The notes under the pieces were generated by a model that had not been told where the DNA came from, made no database searches, and saw nothing but the letters and a program-made list of their open reading frames with translations. Below, one piece after another: positions 30,348-40,221 of a stretch of DNA of 64,000 nucleotides (its first letter is position 1; every line of letters begins with the position of its first letter). This stretch comes from a virus (Duplodnaviria > Caudoviricetes), in IMG/VR virus record IMGVR_UViG_3300009161_000021. The stretch is one strand, 5' to 3'. Both the position numbers and the translations under genes were made by a program.

Positions 30348-31437
30348 GCTCCCTCCGCGACTTCTGCAGGGCGGATCCAACAACCTGATGCATGTCGTAG
30401 TACTTGTACTCGGCAAGACGACCACCGAATATCACGTTTGACTCACTCTCAGCTGCTTCCTTGTACATTCGATAAACCTCATTGTTTTTTTCATCGCCGA
30501 TTGGATAGTAGGGAGTCGCGTCTCGACTCCACGCGATCGGGTACTCTCTAGTATAGATCGTGCTTGTCAGCTTATCAAGACGTTCTGGGGTGAAATGCTT
30601 GTGCTCAGTGATCCGTGTGTATGGGATCCCAGCTTCACCGTAGTTGATGATAGCGTTGCCTTGGAAATCACCATCACGGCGTTCCTCCTCAAACCGAAGC
30701 GAACGATACTCGAGATCGCCGAACTTGTAATTGAAGAACTCGTCAATCTTTCCAGTGTATACGATACGCTTCGCCATCGAGTTCCAACGATCTCTATCCT
30801 TAAAGTAATCCTCGTTAAGAGCGAGATCGCATCCCTGCAGCATCGACTTGAAGATACTGGTGTATCCCTCCTTTGGAATTCCCTGGTACGTATCGTTGAA
30901 GTAGTTGTCATCAAAAGTCATCCTAATCGGAAGACGCTTGATGATCGATGCAGGTAGATCTTTAGGATCGCGCATCCACTGCTTCATCGTGTAGCCTCGA
31001 ATGAAGATCTCGTAAATTTCAGGACCAACTTGGGAGAGGATCCACTCCTCAAGATTACGAGGGTTCTCGCATGGAACACGAACCTCATTCAGCTTTTTGA
31101 CTGCCTCATCCGGGCTGGTCACTCCCCACACCTGATGCAGGGTCATCAGGTTGATCGGGAACGAGTACAGCTTGTCCCCGTGCTTGACCTTCGGTCGCAA
31201 CGTGAAATTGTTGAACTCAGTGAATTGATTCATGAACTTCCAGATCCGGTCATCGGATGTATGGAAGATGTGTGGGCCGTACTTGTGAACGTCAATTCCT
31301 TCACGACGCTCGCTGTAGCAGTTTCCGCCGATGTGCTCGCGTTTGTCTATCAGAAGAACCTGCTTGCCCTTACGACGAGCTTCATGAGCAAAAACACTTC
31401 CGAAAAGACCGGCGCCAATAATGAGATAGTCGTACAT
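30340..31437 (-). CDS. glf: UDP-galactopyranose mutase
   Basis: IIGAGLFG, HIGGNCY, HKYGPHIFHT, YQGIPKEGYT, YTGKIDEFF, YRSLRF, TRITEHKHF, YYP, FGGRLAEYKYYDMHQ. Confidence 0.97.
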   Translation of the reverse strand: MYDYLIIGAGLFGSVFAHEARRKGKQVLLIDKREHIGGNCYSERREGIDVHKYGPHIFHTSDDRIWKFMNQFTEFNNFTLRPKVKHGDKLYSFPINLMTLHQVWGVTSPDEAVKKLNEVRVPCENPRNLEEWILSQVGPEIYEIFIRGYTMKQWMRDPKDLPASIIKRLPIRMTFDDNYFNDTYQGIPKEGYTSIFKSMLQGCDLALNEDYFKDRDRWNSMAKRIVYTGKIDEFFNYKFGDLEYRSLRFEEERRDGDFQGNAIINYGEAGIPYTRITEHKHFTPERLDKLTSTIYTREYPIAWSRDATPYYPIGDEKNNEVYRMYKEAAESESNVIFGGRLAEYKYYDMHQVVGSALQKSRRELV

Positions 31438-31442
31438 GGCTT

Positions 31443-31471
31443 ATATTAAACCACGTACGACCACTTTTTAA
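31443..31471 (-). promoter_or_regulatory. Putative sigma-70-like promoter for glf, leaderless geometry
   Basis: Minus strand TTAAAA-N17-TAATAT-N5-ATG(31437); no SD upstream. Confidence 0.35.
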
Positions 31472-31483
31472 GCTCCAGATCAG

Positions 31484-32362
31484 CTACTGCTTAAGATAGT
31501 CCTCTAGCACAACCTTCGGAGTCCAGCCGAGCTCCTCACGAGCTCGCATGTTGTTTGCTAGGGTCTCACGAGTCTCTCCGACTCTCTCAGCAACGTAGAT
31601 ACGGTCTCCTCCGATCATAACGGCGAGATCATTGATAGAGTAGTTTCGACCCGTTCCGATGTTCACTGGACCAGTTACATTCAGCTTCTCTGCTGCTAAC
31701 AAGTTCGCCTCAACAGCATCGCTGATGTGTGTGAAATCCCGACGCTGCTTCCCGTCACCCACGATCGTCATCGGTTGTCCAGCTTCCTTCTGTCGTTTGA
31801 ACAGGCCCATAACTGGTGCGTACTCACCCTTCAGAGGTTCACGAGGACCGTAGACATTGAAGTATCGCAGAGACACAGTCGAAAGACCGTACAACTTGGT
31901 GTAAAGATCGCAGACTTCTTCACCCTGCCATTTGGAAAGAGAATACGGGGTAGCGCAACCCTTTGGAGCATACTCAAGAAACGGTGGCAGCGATGCATGA
32001 CCGTAGTAGGAAGATGAAGCTGAGTAAACAACTCTCTTCACGCCTGCTAACCTGCTGAGCTCCAGCACGCGCTGTGTTCCAAGAACATTGACAGAGAAAC
32101 ATTCCGAAGGATTGTTAACGGTCGGTTGGATCCTGGATCGAGCAGCAAGATGAAACACAACGTCAACGCCATGATAAACGCTCTCGTCAAGATTGCGAAT
32201 ATCAGCGTTGATATTTGTCGCTGCATCATTCCAGTAGAATATCTGATTCTGAGGAGCAGACTTATCGTCAACGCAAATGACCTCATCACCGCGTGCGATT
32301 AGAGCATCAACCACATGGGAGCCGATGAATCCAGCTCCACCCGTTACAAGCGCTTTCATCAC
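31484..32362 (-). CDS. NAD-dependent nucleotide-sugar epimerase/dehydratase (UDP-Glc/GlcNAc 4-epimerase-like)
   Basis: VTGGAGFIGSH, VFHLAA, SASSSYYG, PYSLSK, LRYFNVYGPR, GKQRRDFTHISD. Confidence 0.9.
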   Translation of the reverse strand: MMKALVTGGAGFIGSHVVDALIARGDEVICVDDKSAPQNQIFYWNDAATNINADIRNLDESVYHGVDVVFHLAARSRIQPTVNNPSECFSVNVLGTQRVLELSRLAGVKRVVYSASSSYYGHASLPPFLEYAPKGCATPYSLSKWQGEEVCDLYTKLYGLSTVSLRYFNVYGPREPLKGEYAPVMGLFKRQKEAGQPMTIVGDGKQRRDFTHISDAVEANLLAAEKLNVTGPVNIGTGRNYSINDLAVMIGGDRIYVAERVGETRETLANNMRAREELGWTPKVVLEDYLKQ

Positions 32363-33330
32363 TGCCTCCGCTTGCTGACTGCGCGACCGACCTGCTTCTC
32401 CCAGTCGCGATCATCAGGACCACGAACCTCGAGATTCTTATCCCATGCAGCCTGCATAACAGTCGGATCAATGTCGTACTTACGAGCAACGCTCATGAGC
32501 GCGTTGATGTCTTTCGGGAAGCAGTGACCACCAAAACCTCGGACGTAACGACCATCATGCGTCGGGACGGGACCAGGAACGGACCAGTGCGTCTCACCGA
32601 GACGACGATCAACCTTGGCATACTCGACCACCTTGTCGTAATCGATGTTGAGACCATCAGCATCAAGAGCCTCGCAAACCTGCGCGATCTCATTCGCAAA
32701 CGAGACCTTCACTGCAAGCATGCAGTTTGTCACGTACTTCACCATCTCCGCAGTGGTGGAGCTCGTCTTGATGATGGGAATCTTCGGAAACGCACGCTGG
32801 AATACGTTTCGGACGGTATTGATATGCGGACGAGGTCCACCGAGAACAATTCGATTCTGCTCGCGCATGTCATTCACAGCGTTTGCCTCAGTCAGAAACT
32901 CGGGATTGAACACGACGTGGAGACCACGATCGTTGAACATCTTGTTCCAACACTCAGTCGAACCCGGTGGAACAGTTGACTTGATAACTGCAATTCGCTG
33001 AGGAGAGTCAGAGGAGTACGGAGCCTCGCAAACAAGCTCAAGAACGTCCTCTACAATTGAGACGTCGGGAGAACCGTCCTCATACATAGGAGTTGGGACG
33101 CATAAGAAAAACACCCCCGAGAATCCAGACTTTCCTTCACACTGCTGAACAAACTCAGCGATAGATCCAGGGTAAAGAACTTTGGTCGAGTTGCTCTGCT
33201 TAAATCCGTTGATTCCGCCGGTTGCAAGCTTCCCAGCCTTGTCATACACGAAAACTGTCTCACCACGTTCGGAAAAAACGGTCGTAAGACTTCCACCGAC
33301 AAATCCTTGACCAATTACGCCAATGCTCAT
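32359..33330 (-). CDS. UDP-glucose/GDP-mannose dehydrogenase family protein, short form lacking the C-terminal domain
   Basis: GVIGQGFVG, CVPTP, KSTVPPG, NPEFLTE, AEMVKY...KVSFANEI, GFGGHCFPKD (catalytic Cys); only 323 aa. Confidence 0.9.
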   Translation of the reverse strand: MSIGVIGQGFVGGSLTTVFSERGETVFVYDKAGKLATGGINGFKQSNSTKVLYPGSIAEFVQQCEGKSGFSGVFFLCVPTPMYEDGSPDVSIVEDVLELVCEAPYSSDSPQRIAVIKSTVPPGSTECWNKMFNDRGLHVVFNPEFLTEANAVNDMREQNRIVLGGPRPHINTVRNVFQRAFPKIPIIKTSSTTAEMVKYVTNCMLAVKVSFANEIAQVCEALDADGLNIDYDKVVEYAKVDRRLGETHWSVPGPVPTHDGRYVRGFGGHCFPKDINALMSVARKYDIDPTVMQAAWDKNLEVRGPDDRDWEKQVGRAVSKRRQ

Positions 33331-33372
33331 TTTGACTCCATGCTCAAATACTAGATCAGAAAATGAGCTTTT

Positions 33373-33738
33373 TCAATCTCCCTTTTTCAGACGAATAGAA
33401 TCTTCTTCAAAGTGCTGAGTTGAAACCTCTAGCAGCTCTGAGTCTTCAATTGCTATCATCTGGTGTCTCATTCCAGTTGTGACATGAAAAACGTCACCCT
33501 TCTCAAGCATTAGAGTTTGAGCTTCCTGAAGGTCATCGCCATGAGAAACTTTAAGCTCTAACTTTCCGCTAAGAAGATAGAAAACTTCATCTTTGATGTT
33601 GTGATAGTGCCAGCTGCACCTCTTACCAGCCTCAAAGCGAAGAATTTTCCCGCAGTACTTTTCAGAGTTAGCGACCCACTCTTCGTGTCCCCAGCCCTTC
33701 TTGTGAAATTCGCCCTTACTCTTTGAAAAAGTTAACAT
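33373..33738 (-). CDS. Cupin (mannose-6-phosphate isomerase type II-like / sugar isomerase)
   Basis: KGWGHEEW, SWHYHNIKDEVFYLLSG, GMRHQM, EVST; ATG at 33738 after AAGGAG. Confidence 0.8.
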   Translation of the reverse strand: MLTFSKSKGEFHKKGWGHEEWVANSEKYCGKILRFEAGKRCSWHYHNIKDEVFYLLSGKLELKVSHGDDLQEAQTLMLEKGDVFHVTTGMRHQMIAIEDSELLEVSTQHFEEDSIRLKKGD

Positions 33739-34036
33739 CTGATTCTCCTTTGTCGTCAATGTAAATGTCAGCGGAAGGCTTGCCAAGAATTAGATCATGA
33801 AATTTCACGCCCCAGTCGCTCAATTGCTTTCTTGTCAAATCTTCAAACATGCTTTTAACTTTCGAAACGTCGCCGCCAGTTCTTCCCATACCTCTAGCAG
33901 TGAATATTGTAATGTGATTTCCGGATTCGAAAAGCTCATTCACTTTTGATATTCTCTTAAGATTTGGAACTGCCAGAGCGTAGTTACCCTCAGTGTTGTT
34001 ACAAAGAGTTCCATCTAAATCAAAGACAATTCTCAT
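33716..34036 (-). CDS. Small HAD-like phosphatase (capsule-biosynthesis phosphatase type)
   Basis: FDLDGTLC, IFTARG, GKPSADIYIDDK. Confidence 0.85.
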   Translation of the reverse strand: MRIVFDLDGTLCNNTEGNYALAVPNLKRISKVNELFESGNHITIFTARGMGRTGGDVSKVKSMFEDLTRKQLSDWGVKFHDLILGKPSADIYIDDKGESDVNFFKE

Positions 34037-34409
34037 CAATTATCCTCGTACTTGAAAGATCTTTGATCCTATCAAAGAATTTTACGTCAACAATTTCGCT
34101 TCCGATCACTCTCTTATTTTGATAGTCCGAACCCACCACTATCAATTTAGCTCCTGACTCTTTGATCCTCTGGATCAACTCTTCATCGCTTGAGAAGCGA
34201 ACGACCTCATCAACAAACTTCAACGAGGAGATAACTTTCATCCTCTGCTGCAAGCAATGAATGGGTCTGTTTTCTCCTTTTGACTTTTTCACACGTTCGT
34301 CAGTGTCAAGACCTACAACAAGTCTGTCGCCCAGGCTGCGAGCGTATTGCAGCATTTCAACATGACCAGCGTGTATGAAATCAAAGCATCCGTTAGTCCA
34401 GACGGTCAT
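34020..34409 (-). CDS. Cytidylyltransferase-family nucleotidyltransferase (HldE/RfaE domain II-like)
   Basis: NGCFDFIHAGH (HxGH), GDRLVVGLDTD, KGENRPI, GSDY, LSSTRII; start likely the ATG at 34409. Confidence 0.85.
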   Translation of the reverse strand: MTVWTNGCFDFIHAGHVEMLQYARSLGDRLVVGLDTDERVKKSKGENRPIHCLQQRMKVISSLKFVDEVVRFSSDEELIQRIKESGAKLIVVGSDYQNKRVIGSEIVDVKFFDRIKDLSSTRIIDENCL

Positions 34410-35157
34410 TTGGCGTTGAGACTCCTCGCTTCTGAACGACTTTTGTTGCGCAATCATTAGCAAACTTTAAGCATTCTGGAAGATCTTTTCCTGCCAAAAT
34501 TTGAACTGCAAGAGCTGAGATAAACGTGTCACCCGCGCCCGCAACGTCCTTAACGCTTACGCTATCAACGCTGAATTTCTGACATTGAAAAATGCATCCG
34601 TCTTTCCCAAGGGTGACAATAAGCTTTTTCGAAAGTCTTTCGCTGATAACTGACTTTGTCTTAGAGTACTCGTCTCCGTTTATCTTAACGTATTTGACGT
34701 ACTCGCACCAGTCACCAAGAATCTTTTTGCTATCGAGGAGCACGACATTATTCCTGGACGATATCTTGATGATATCGCTTTCCAATAAAAAGCCCTTATT
34801 GTAATCTGACAGAATTACAACGTCATATTCTGAGACTTTCTCTAGCATCTCATCCGTGATTGCAATCCGACTGAATGCTTTATCATTGCAATCGACTCTA
34901 AGAAACATATGATTGGTTCTATCATCAATGTATCTGGTCTTTGTGATGCTTTCCCAATTTTCATTGGTCCAGATATCGCAATCCACTCCAAGAGAGTTCA
35001 CATTGCGCTTAACATTCATAGCCATCCCTGGATTCTCCGTCCTTGAAACTTCAAGGAACACAGGAGCAGGCGCTTCAGGTGCTAACCTGTTCGAGACTCC
35101 ATAGACAAAAATGTCCTGGCAAGATTCACCGACAACCAGAACTTTACGATTAGACAT
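34393..35157 (-). CDS. PfkB-family sugar kinase (HldE/RfaE domain I-like)
   Basis: VVGESCQD, RLAPEAPAPV, KTRY, SDYNKG, VTLGKDG, DVAGAGDTF. Confidence 0.85.
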   Translation of the reverse strand: MSNRKVLVVGESCQDIFVYGVSNRLAPEAPAPVFLEVSRTENPGMAMNVKRNVNSLGVDCDIWTNENWESITKTRYIDDRTNHMFLRVDCNDKAFSRIAITDEMLEKVSEYDVVILSDYNKGFLLESDIIKISSRNNVVLLDSKKILGDWCEYVKYVKINGDEYSKTKSVISERLSKKLIVTLGKDGCIFQCQKFSVDSVSVKDVAGAGDTFISALAVQILAGKDLPECLKFANDCATKVVQKRGVSTPNDRLD

Positions 35158-35160
35158 CAG

Positions 35161-36177
35161 TTACCTCACAATGAAATTTTCTTCGGAGGATACTCTATCT
35201 CTCCAATAGTTGAGCAGATCATTCATAGTTTTCTCAAAACTGATCTGCGGCTCCCATCCAGTATGGCTCTTGAACTTACGTGTGTCAGGTATCTGGAGAT
35301 CGGCGTCAATGGGTCGTAGCCTCTCAGGATCAACTTCAACTTTGATATCCTTTCGCGTTGAGATGCTAAGAAGATAATCAAGCGTCTGCCTTACCGTGCA
35401 AGTGTAAGAACCACCAATATTATAGTACTCACCAGCGATCGGATCCTTAGTCACAAGAGTATGATAAGCCCTAACAGCGTCTCTTACGTCTGACCATGTT
35501 CTAAGAGAATCAAGGTTACCAACTTTTAGAACAGGTGGAATCTTACCTGCCTCAATAAGAGCGATCTGCTTCGCAAATGATGACTCTGCAAAAACGTCAC
35601 CACGACGAGGACCAGTATGAGTGAACATCCTTGTTGTCATAACCTTCATACCGTAGGCTTCAGCGTAGAATCTACCGATAAGATCAGTCCCAACTTTGGA
35701 TATCGCGTAGGGAGAAGCAGGATGAAAATTAACATCCTCGTGAATCGGTAGCTTCTCAGCAGGAACTCTTCCAAACACCTCGGAGCTTGCGCAAACATGA
35801 ATCACGGTATTTTCGAGATTTGTCTTTGAAACTCTCACAGCTTCAAGCAACGCGCAAGTTCCCATGATGTTAGTCTGAAGCGTCTCCAGCGGAGAATCGA
35901 AACTCGTCTTCGGATAACTCTGGGCTGCCAGGTGAAAGATAAAGTCAGGTTGAACCTTATTCACAAGCGAGATCAAGCTTGCGAAATCATTCAGGTCGGC
36001 GTTATGAAGAAAGACACGATCTCTCTCGTTGATCCTACTTGCAAGATGATCGATGTTTTTCGTGCTATCAGCCCATCTCGTCATTCCATGAACATCCCAG
36101 TCGGTGTTCTCGAGAAGATGATCTGCCAGATGAGAACCGACCATGCCCGTTATTCCTGTAATCAATGCTCTTTTCAC
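35161..36177 (-). CDS. gmd: GDP-mannose 4,6-dehydratase (Gmd/Rmd family)
   Basis: ITGITGMVGSHLA, FHLAAQS, ASSEVFG, PASPYAISK, GNLDSLRTWSDVRD, RLRPID, W-x-P-x-x-SF; GTG start after GGAG. An Rmd-type reductase is not excluded. Confidence 0.75.
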   Translation of the reverse strand: MKRALITGITGMVGSHLADHLLENTDWDVHGMTRWADSTKNIDHLASRINERDRVFLHNADLNDFASLISLVNKVQPDFIFHLAAQSYPKTSFDSPLETLQTNIMGTCALLEAVRVSKTNLENTVIHVCASSEVFGRVPAEKLPIHEDVNFHPASPYAISKVGTDLIGRFYAEAYGMKVMTTRMFTHTGPRRGDVFAESSFAKQIALIEAGKIPPVLKVGNLDSLRTWSDVRDAVRAYHTLVTKDPIAGEYYNIGGSYTCTVRQTLDYLLSISTRKDIKVEVDPERLRPIDADLQIPDTRKFKSHTGWEPQISFEKTMNDLLNYWRDRVSSEENFIVR

Positions 36178-36189
36178 GTTGTCTCCAGT

Positions 36190-36921
36190 TCAGACAATTT
36201 TAGATGAATTTGGTGAATCGTAACGATCGAGCAACTCTCTCTTGGCAGTCCATCCAGGCCAGAATGGATCTCCTTCGTTGATATAAACGAAATACATCGT
36301 TCGACGCCAGCGGGTCGGATGCTGATTCTTATTCGCTTTGTGGATAAGATGACCGTGCACGCAGAGAACGTCTCCTTTCTCGTATTTTAGCTGAAGAACG
36401 GGGAGATCCTTTGGAATTTCACAGTTGTTTCCGATCGGAGCTGAATTATACAGCCTTCCTGATTCGTCAACAGAAAAGTTGGCTTTCGGATTACACGGCA
36501 GATCGCCCAGCTTGTGACTTCCAGGTATGATCATAAGAGAACCGTTCTCTTCGTCAGCGTCGTCAAGAGAAAGCGTTAAATTAAGGTAAGATCCGAACGG
36601 AGCTTTACCGGCGTAATTGTCCTGATGCCAGGTTGAACCGTTTTCCAAAGAGTTGTTAGGCTTGCAGAAGAAAAAGATGCTTCCTATTGGAATCGCTCGA
36701 TTCTTTAAGATGCTATCTCCGATATCACACATCTTCTTACCGGTATGAATCTTGCTAAAGACTTCATTCTTGTGCATATCAAGATAGTTCGTGTAGAAAC
36801 CATTTGCGTGTTTTTCTGACGCATCGATGGCTTCCTGACACTCTTCATCTGAAAAGACCTTCTTCAAATGAAGGTAACCGTTTTCTTTAAAGAAGCTGAT
36901 CTGTGAATCAGTGAGCTGCAT
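36190..36921 (-). CDS. Phytanoyl-CoA dioxygenase (PhyH)-family 2OG-Fe(II) oxygenase
   Basis: ENGYL, WHQD, LDDADEENGSLMIIPGSH, GDVLCVHGHLIH, RR. Confidence 0.85.
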   Translation of the reverse strand: MQLTDSQISFFKENGYLHLKKVFSDEECQEAIDASEKHANGFYTNYLDMHKNEVFSKIHTGKKMCDIGDSILKNRAIPIGSIFFFCKPNNSLENGSTWHQDNYAGKAPFGSYLNLTLSLDDADEENGSLMIIPGSHKLGDLPCNPKANFSVDESGRLYNSAPIGNNCEIPKDLPVLQLKYEKGDVLCVHGHLIHKANKNQHPTRWRRTMYFVYINEGDPFWPGWTAKRELLDRYDSPNSSKIV

Positions 36922-37886
36922 CAGCGTGCCACATTCTTCCTATACCACAGCAACGTTTTGATGATACCCTCATCAAGAGAATGAGACGGAGACCAGCCAA
37001 GTACTCTCTTAGCTTTAGAGCAATCGAGGAAAAGAGAGGTAGGTATCGTGGGCTGTGACAGATCGTGAACAATCTGAAGGTCTCGGCCTGAGTGATCGAC
37101 AATCTTTCGAACGAGATCCTTTATCTTGATCCCTTCTCCCAAGCCAACGTTAAACAGCTCGAACTTGCTCTCCTGCTTGTCAATTGCATCATTGACAAAT
37201 CCAACAAGATCTTCAACAAAAAGAAGATCCCGAGCTTCCTCGCCAGTCCCCCAAACGTTAATCTTGCCATCCGCAGACGTCATGACCTTGGTCACCGTTG
37301 CTCCAAACACATGTGACTTCTCAAGATCATACTTGTCATGAGGACCGTACATGTTGGAGTGACGAATGACGGTGTGCTTTGTCGACCCAATTCGTGAGTA
37401 AAACTCGCACATCTTCTCAAGATAAACTTTCGTGTTTCCTGCTCCGAAATAGAACGGAAGAATTTCGTCGGAAGGATTGAAGTCATCTTCCTTTATCGCA
37501 GTTTCAGACTTCTGATACATGATAGTGCAGCTAGGGAACACAAAATGCTCGATCTTCTTCTCGAATGCTTCCCTAAGAAGAAGAGAGTTCATAACAGCGT
37601 TGTCTGTTACGTGTATGTAGGGCTTTGAGACGATGTCCCTCGCTCCCGTTGTGGTAGCTGCAAACTGCAGAACAATATCAACTCCAGACAGAGCGCTTGA
37701 AACGTGTTCAGGATTTCTTAGATCGCAGTTGATCCACTCGACCCCATCGTAACCTTCAACTGCAGGTCTGCGAAAGTGAGTGGCTCTTATGTTGTACTTT
37801 CCCTGCTTATAATAGAAATCAAGCAGATTTCTTCCAATAAACCCAGTCGCGCCGCAAATCAGTATCTTCTTCTTATTTTCTACCAT
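36921..37886 (-). CDS. Extended SDR, GDP-fucose synthase (Fcl/ColC)-like epimerase/reductase
   Basis: GATGFIG, NMYGPHDKYDLEKSHV, VWGTGEEARDLLFVED, NVGLG; the catalytic motif is atypical (AGNTK). Confidence 0.75.
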   Translation of the reverse strand: MVENKKKILICGATGFIGRNLLDFYYKQGKYNIRATHFRRPAVEGYDGVEWINCDLRNPEHVSSALSGVDIVLQFAATTTGARDIVSKPYIHVTDNAVMNSLLLREAFEKKIEHFVFPSCTIMYQKSETAIKEDDFNPSDEILPFYFGAGNTKVYLEKMCEFYSRIGSTKHTVIRHSNMYGPHDKYDLEKSHVFGATVTKVMTSADGKINVWGTGEEARDLLFVEDLVGFVNDAIDKQESKFELFNVGLGEGIKIKDLVRKIVDHSGRDLQIVHDLSQPTIPTSLFLDCSKAKRVLGWSPSHSLDEGIIKTLLWYRKNVAR

Positions 37887-38451
37887 CTAGAATGAGCTCC
37901 CGATCTCTTTTTACGAATGAATCATACACTCTGTCTATCACGAAGTTTATGTCCATTGCGTTTTGTCTGTCGGGAGTAGTTTTTATGTTTGTAGGGTAGA
38001 CATCGAGAACGTTCAAATTGTTGTTCTCTGACTTTAAGCTTTGCGAAAATCCTCTTAAACCCCACTTGGTAGCTGAGTACAGGGTCCTATTAGCTTTGAT
38101 CTCAAGCCCGACCATAGAGTTGATGTTAATCACGTCCGATAGGTTTGGAAGAAGCTCATATGTCAAGACTACCGGAGCCGTAAGATTAACGGCAATCATG
38201 CTCTGAATCTCTGAGAGATTGTAATCTTCTAATTTCTTTCCTGGGCATGTGATTGCAGCGTTGTTTACAAGAATTTTGACTCCCTGCGAACGAGCTTCAC
38301 GTGCTAAAGACTCGACCTCTTCTATTTTGGAGAGATCGAAATGCTTCCGTCCTTCATGACGAAAAACTTCATGACCCTCTCTTTCGAATTTTGAAGAAAG
38401 GTAAACTCCAAGACCTGAGCTAGCTCCGGTTATAAAAACTTTTGATTTCAT
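37873..38451 (-). CDS. Classical short-chain dehydrogenase/reductase
   Basis: ITGASSGLG, LVNNAA, NINS, YSATK. Confidence 0.9.
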   Translation of the reverse strand: MKSKVFITGASSGLGVYLSSKFEREGHEVFRHEGRKHFDLSKIEEVESLAREARSQGVKILVNNAAITCPGKKLEDYNLSEIQSMIAVNLTAPVVLTYELLPNLSDVININSMVGLEIKANRTLYSATKWGLRGFSQSLKSENNNLNVLDVYPTNIKTTPDRQNAMDINFVIDRVYDSFVKRDRELILDGRK

Positions 38452-39353
38452 CTCATCAACTCTCTTATTGTTTTTTCGTGATATCCAAAATCTGAACCCG
38501 GTCTAAATTCAGCTTTTCTGATTCCATCACCCCGAAAAACTGGAACCCCATCGATCAACTTCCACTCAAAATCTCTAACAAGAATTAACCTGACATCTAT
38601 CGATATCTTAGTTGTTAGATCTCGTTGTGATCTGTGAGCTGCAGCGTGTATGCATCTCGAATCGAACATCAGAATCGAGTTGTAGATATCGGAAGCTTCG
38701 GATGCGTTCTTGTATCCAAGAGACATGAAGTTCTTATCTCCACTAAAGCAGATCGACTTCCAGATCTCTCTGTCAAACTCAAGCTCCGAAAACCATCTTT
38801 TTGATGACTCAAAATTCTGAACCCAGAAATCTGAACGATCATTGTCAGTAATGCCGAACCAGATATTATACTCTCTGGGGTTGTGACCCAGGAAGCAATC
38901 TGAGTGCCAGGCTGGTAAACTAAGATTACCTTCCGCACCGGGAGCGTGAAATCTGACCGTTGGTATCTTCTGAAAGAAGAAATCTTCTTTTATCACTTCA
39001 TCATGAATCCACTTCATGAACTGATGATATAGGTTCTCTTGCTCTGCAATAAAATCGAACACGATGTCGGCGATTATAGGACGTGAGTTGTTGTTTTGCC
39101 CCACGGTCTGATATTCAAGATACTTTTGTTCAATCGTAGAATGTAATTGCCTGAGATCAGAATCAGATGACTCGCAGATTCCTTTGCTAACAAGAAATTT
39201 AGCAAGTTCATCGTGGAATATCTTGTTCCAGTGCTTGCTTTTAGAAGTTTGAACGTAAGCTATGTCACTTCCGAAAGTCTTTTGAAAGCTGCTTGTCTTG
39301 TCGTACTCGCTCTCTAAAAACTCTCTTAGCTTAAGACTTGTTGAGCTTTCCAT
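38448..39353 (-). CDS. StrG-like 2OG-Fe(II) oxygenase-fold protein
   Basis: FQKIPTVRFH, WHSD (HxD), NIWFGIT, CIHAA, TKISIDVR. Confidence 0.6.
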   Translation of the reverse strand: MESSTSLKLREFLESEYDKTSSFQKTFGSDIAYVQTSKSKHWNKIFHDELAKFLVSKGICESSDSDLRQLHSTIEQKYLEYQTVGQNNNSRPIIADIVFDFIAEQENLYHQFMKWIHDEVIKEDFFFQKIPTVRFHAPGAEGNLSLPAWHSDCFLGHNPREYNIWFGITDNDRSDFWVQNFESSKRWFSELEFDREIWKSICFSGDKNFMSLGYKNASEASDIYNSILMFDSRCIHAAAHRSQRDLTTKISIDVRLILVRDFEWKLIDGVPVFRGDGIRKAEFRPGSDFGYHEKTIRELMR

Positions 39354-40217
39354 TTACTCATTCTTCCATCGAACTTTTTCGATTTCTCTAACTTCGCACA
39401 TGATGTCAGAGTAATGATAGAAAATATCGTCAGCTACTTTCTTCGCGACAGGTTCAATCATAGAAAAGTTCTCATCAACTGCCCATTTCTTAAAGAACTG
39501 GTCACGATTGAGACCGTTGACAGTAACTTTCAGAGCGTTCTTGTTGTCAATTAGGTCTTCGTATCTAACTTTTGCTTGAAGAAGTCTAGAGTACCCAAAT
39601 CTCACGCTAAGGATATGGGCAAGAGCAGCGCAAAGGAAAACAATATCTGCGCCCTTGTAATCATCATCAAAAAAATCTCGGATTGCCATCCACCATTTCT
39701 TAGTGCAGATGGGCAGCATTTCATGATAATGATAAATGAGACGAGCTGGATCTCTCAAAATTGGCTTGTTTGCGCCGTTGAACGGGTCCCAAGCGGTCCT
39801 GAACTGTGATGTCAAAGCATTAAGATTTCTTCCGAGCGGGTTTGTGGTGTGCAACATGAAGATTGCATCGTCAAACGCATCTTTCTTTTTTAGAATTTCA
39901 GAGTCCCAATTTCTTGAAAGTCCCCAAAAATCGTCAGTGACCGCCCAGACAAAGTAGTAATCATTTGACTCGATGAAGTCAAAGAAAGCTCTCATCATGA
40001 ACGGAGAGTTCGGTCCTGCGTGTGGTGGATTCACGCAGACCACGTTCGAATATCTTGAGACTACCGATGAATAGAGATCTATCTGATCATCATCAATTAA
40101 AGCGAAAATGTCAAAGTTGTTGATAGAGCTGCAAGTCTCTATCAACATATCAACTGTTTTACCGAAAGATTCAGGGTTGCTCCTGGTCGGAATATAAACA
40201 GCTATATCCTTTGACAT
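39354..40217 (-). CDS. GT-A fold glycosyltransferase (GT2-like)
   Basis: IAVYIPTRSNP, LIDDD, WAVTDDFW (DxD-like). Confidence 0.65.
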   Translation of the reverse strand: MSKDIAVYIPTRSNPESFGKTVDMLIETCSSINNFDIFALIDDDQIDLYSSVVSRYSNVVCVNPPHAGPNSPFMMRAFFDFIESNDYYFVWAVTDDFWGLSRNWDSEILKKKDAFDDAIFMLHTTNPLGRNLNALTSQFRTAWDPFNGANKPILRDPARLIYHYHEMLPICTKKWWMAIRDFFDDDYKGADIVFLCAALAHILSVRFGYSRLLQAKVRYEDLIDNKNALKVTVNGLNRDQFFKKWAVDENFSMIEPVAKKVADDIFYHYSDIMCEVREIEKVRWKNE

Positions 40218-40221
40218 AAAG

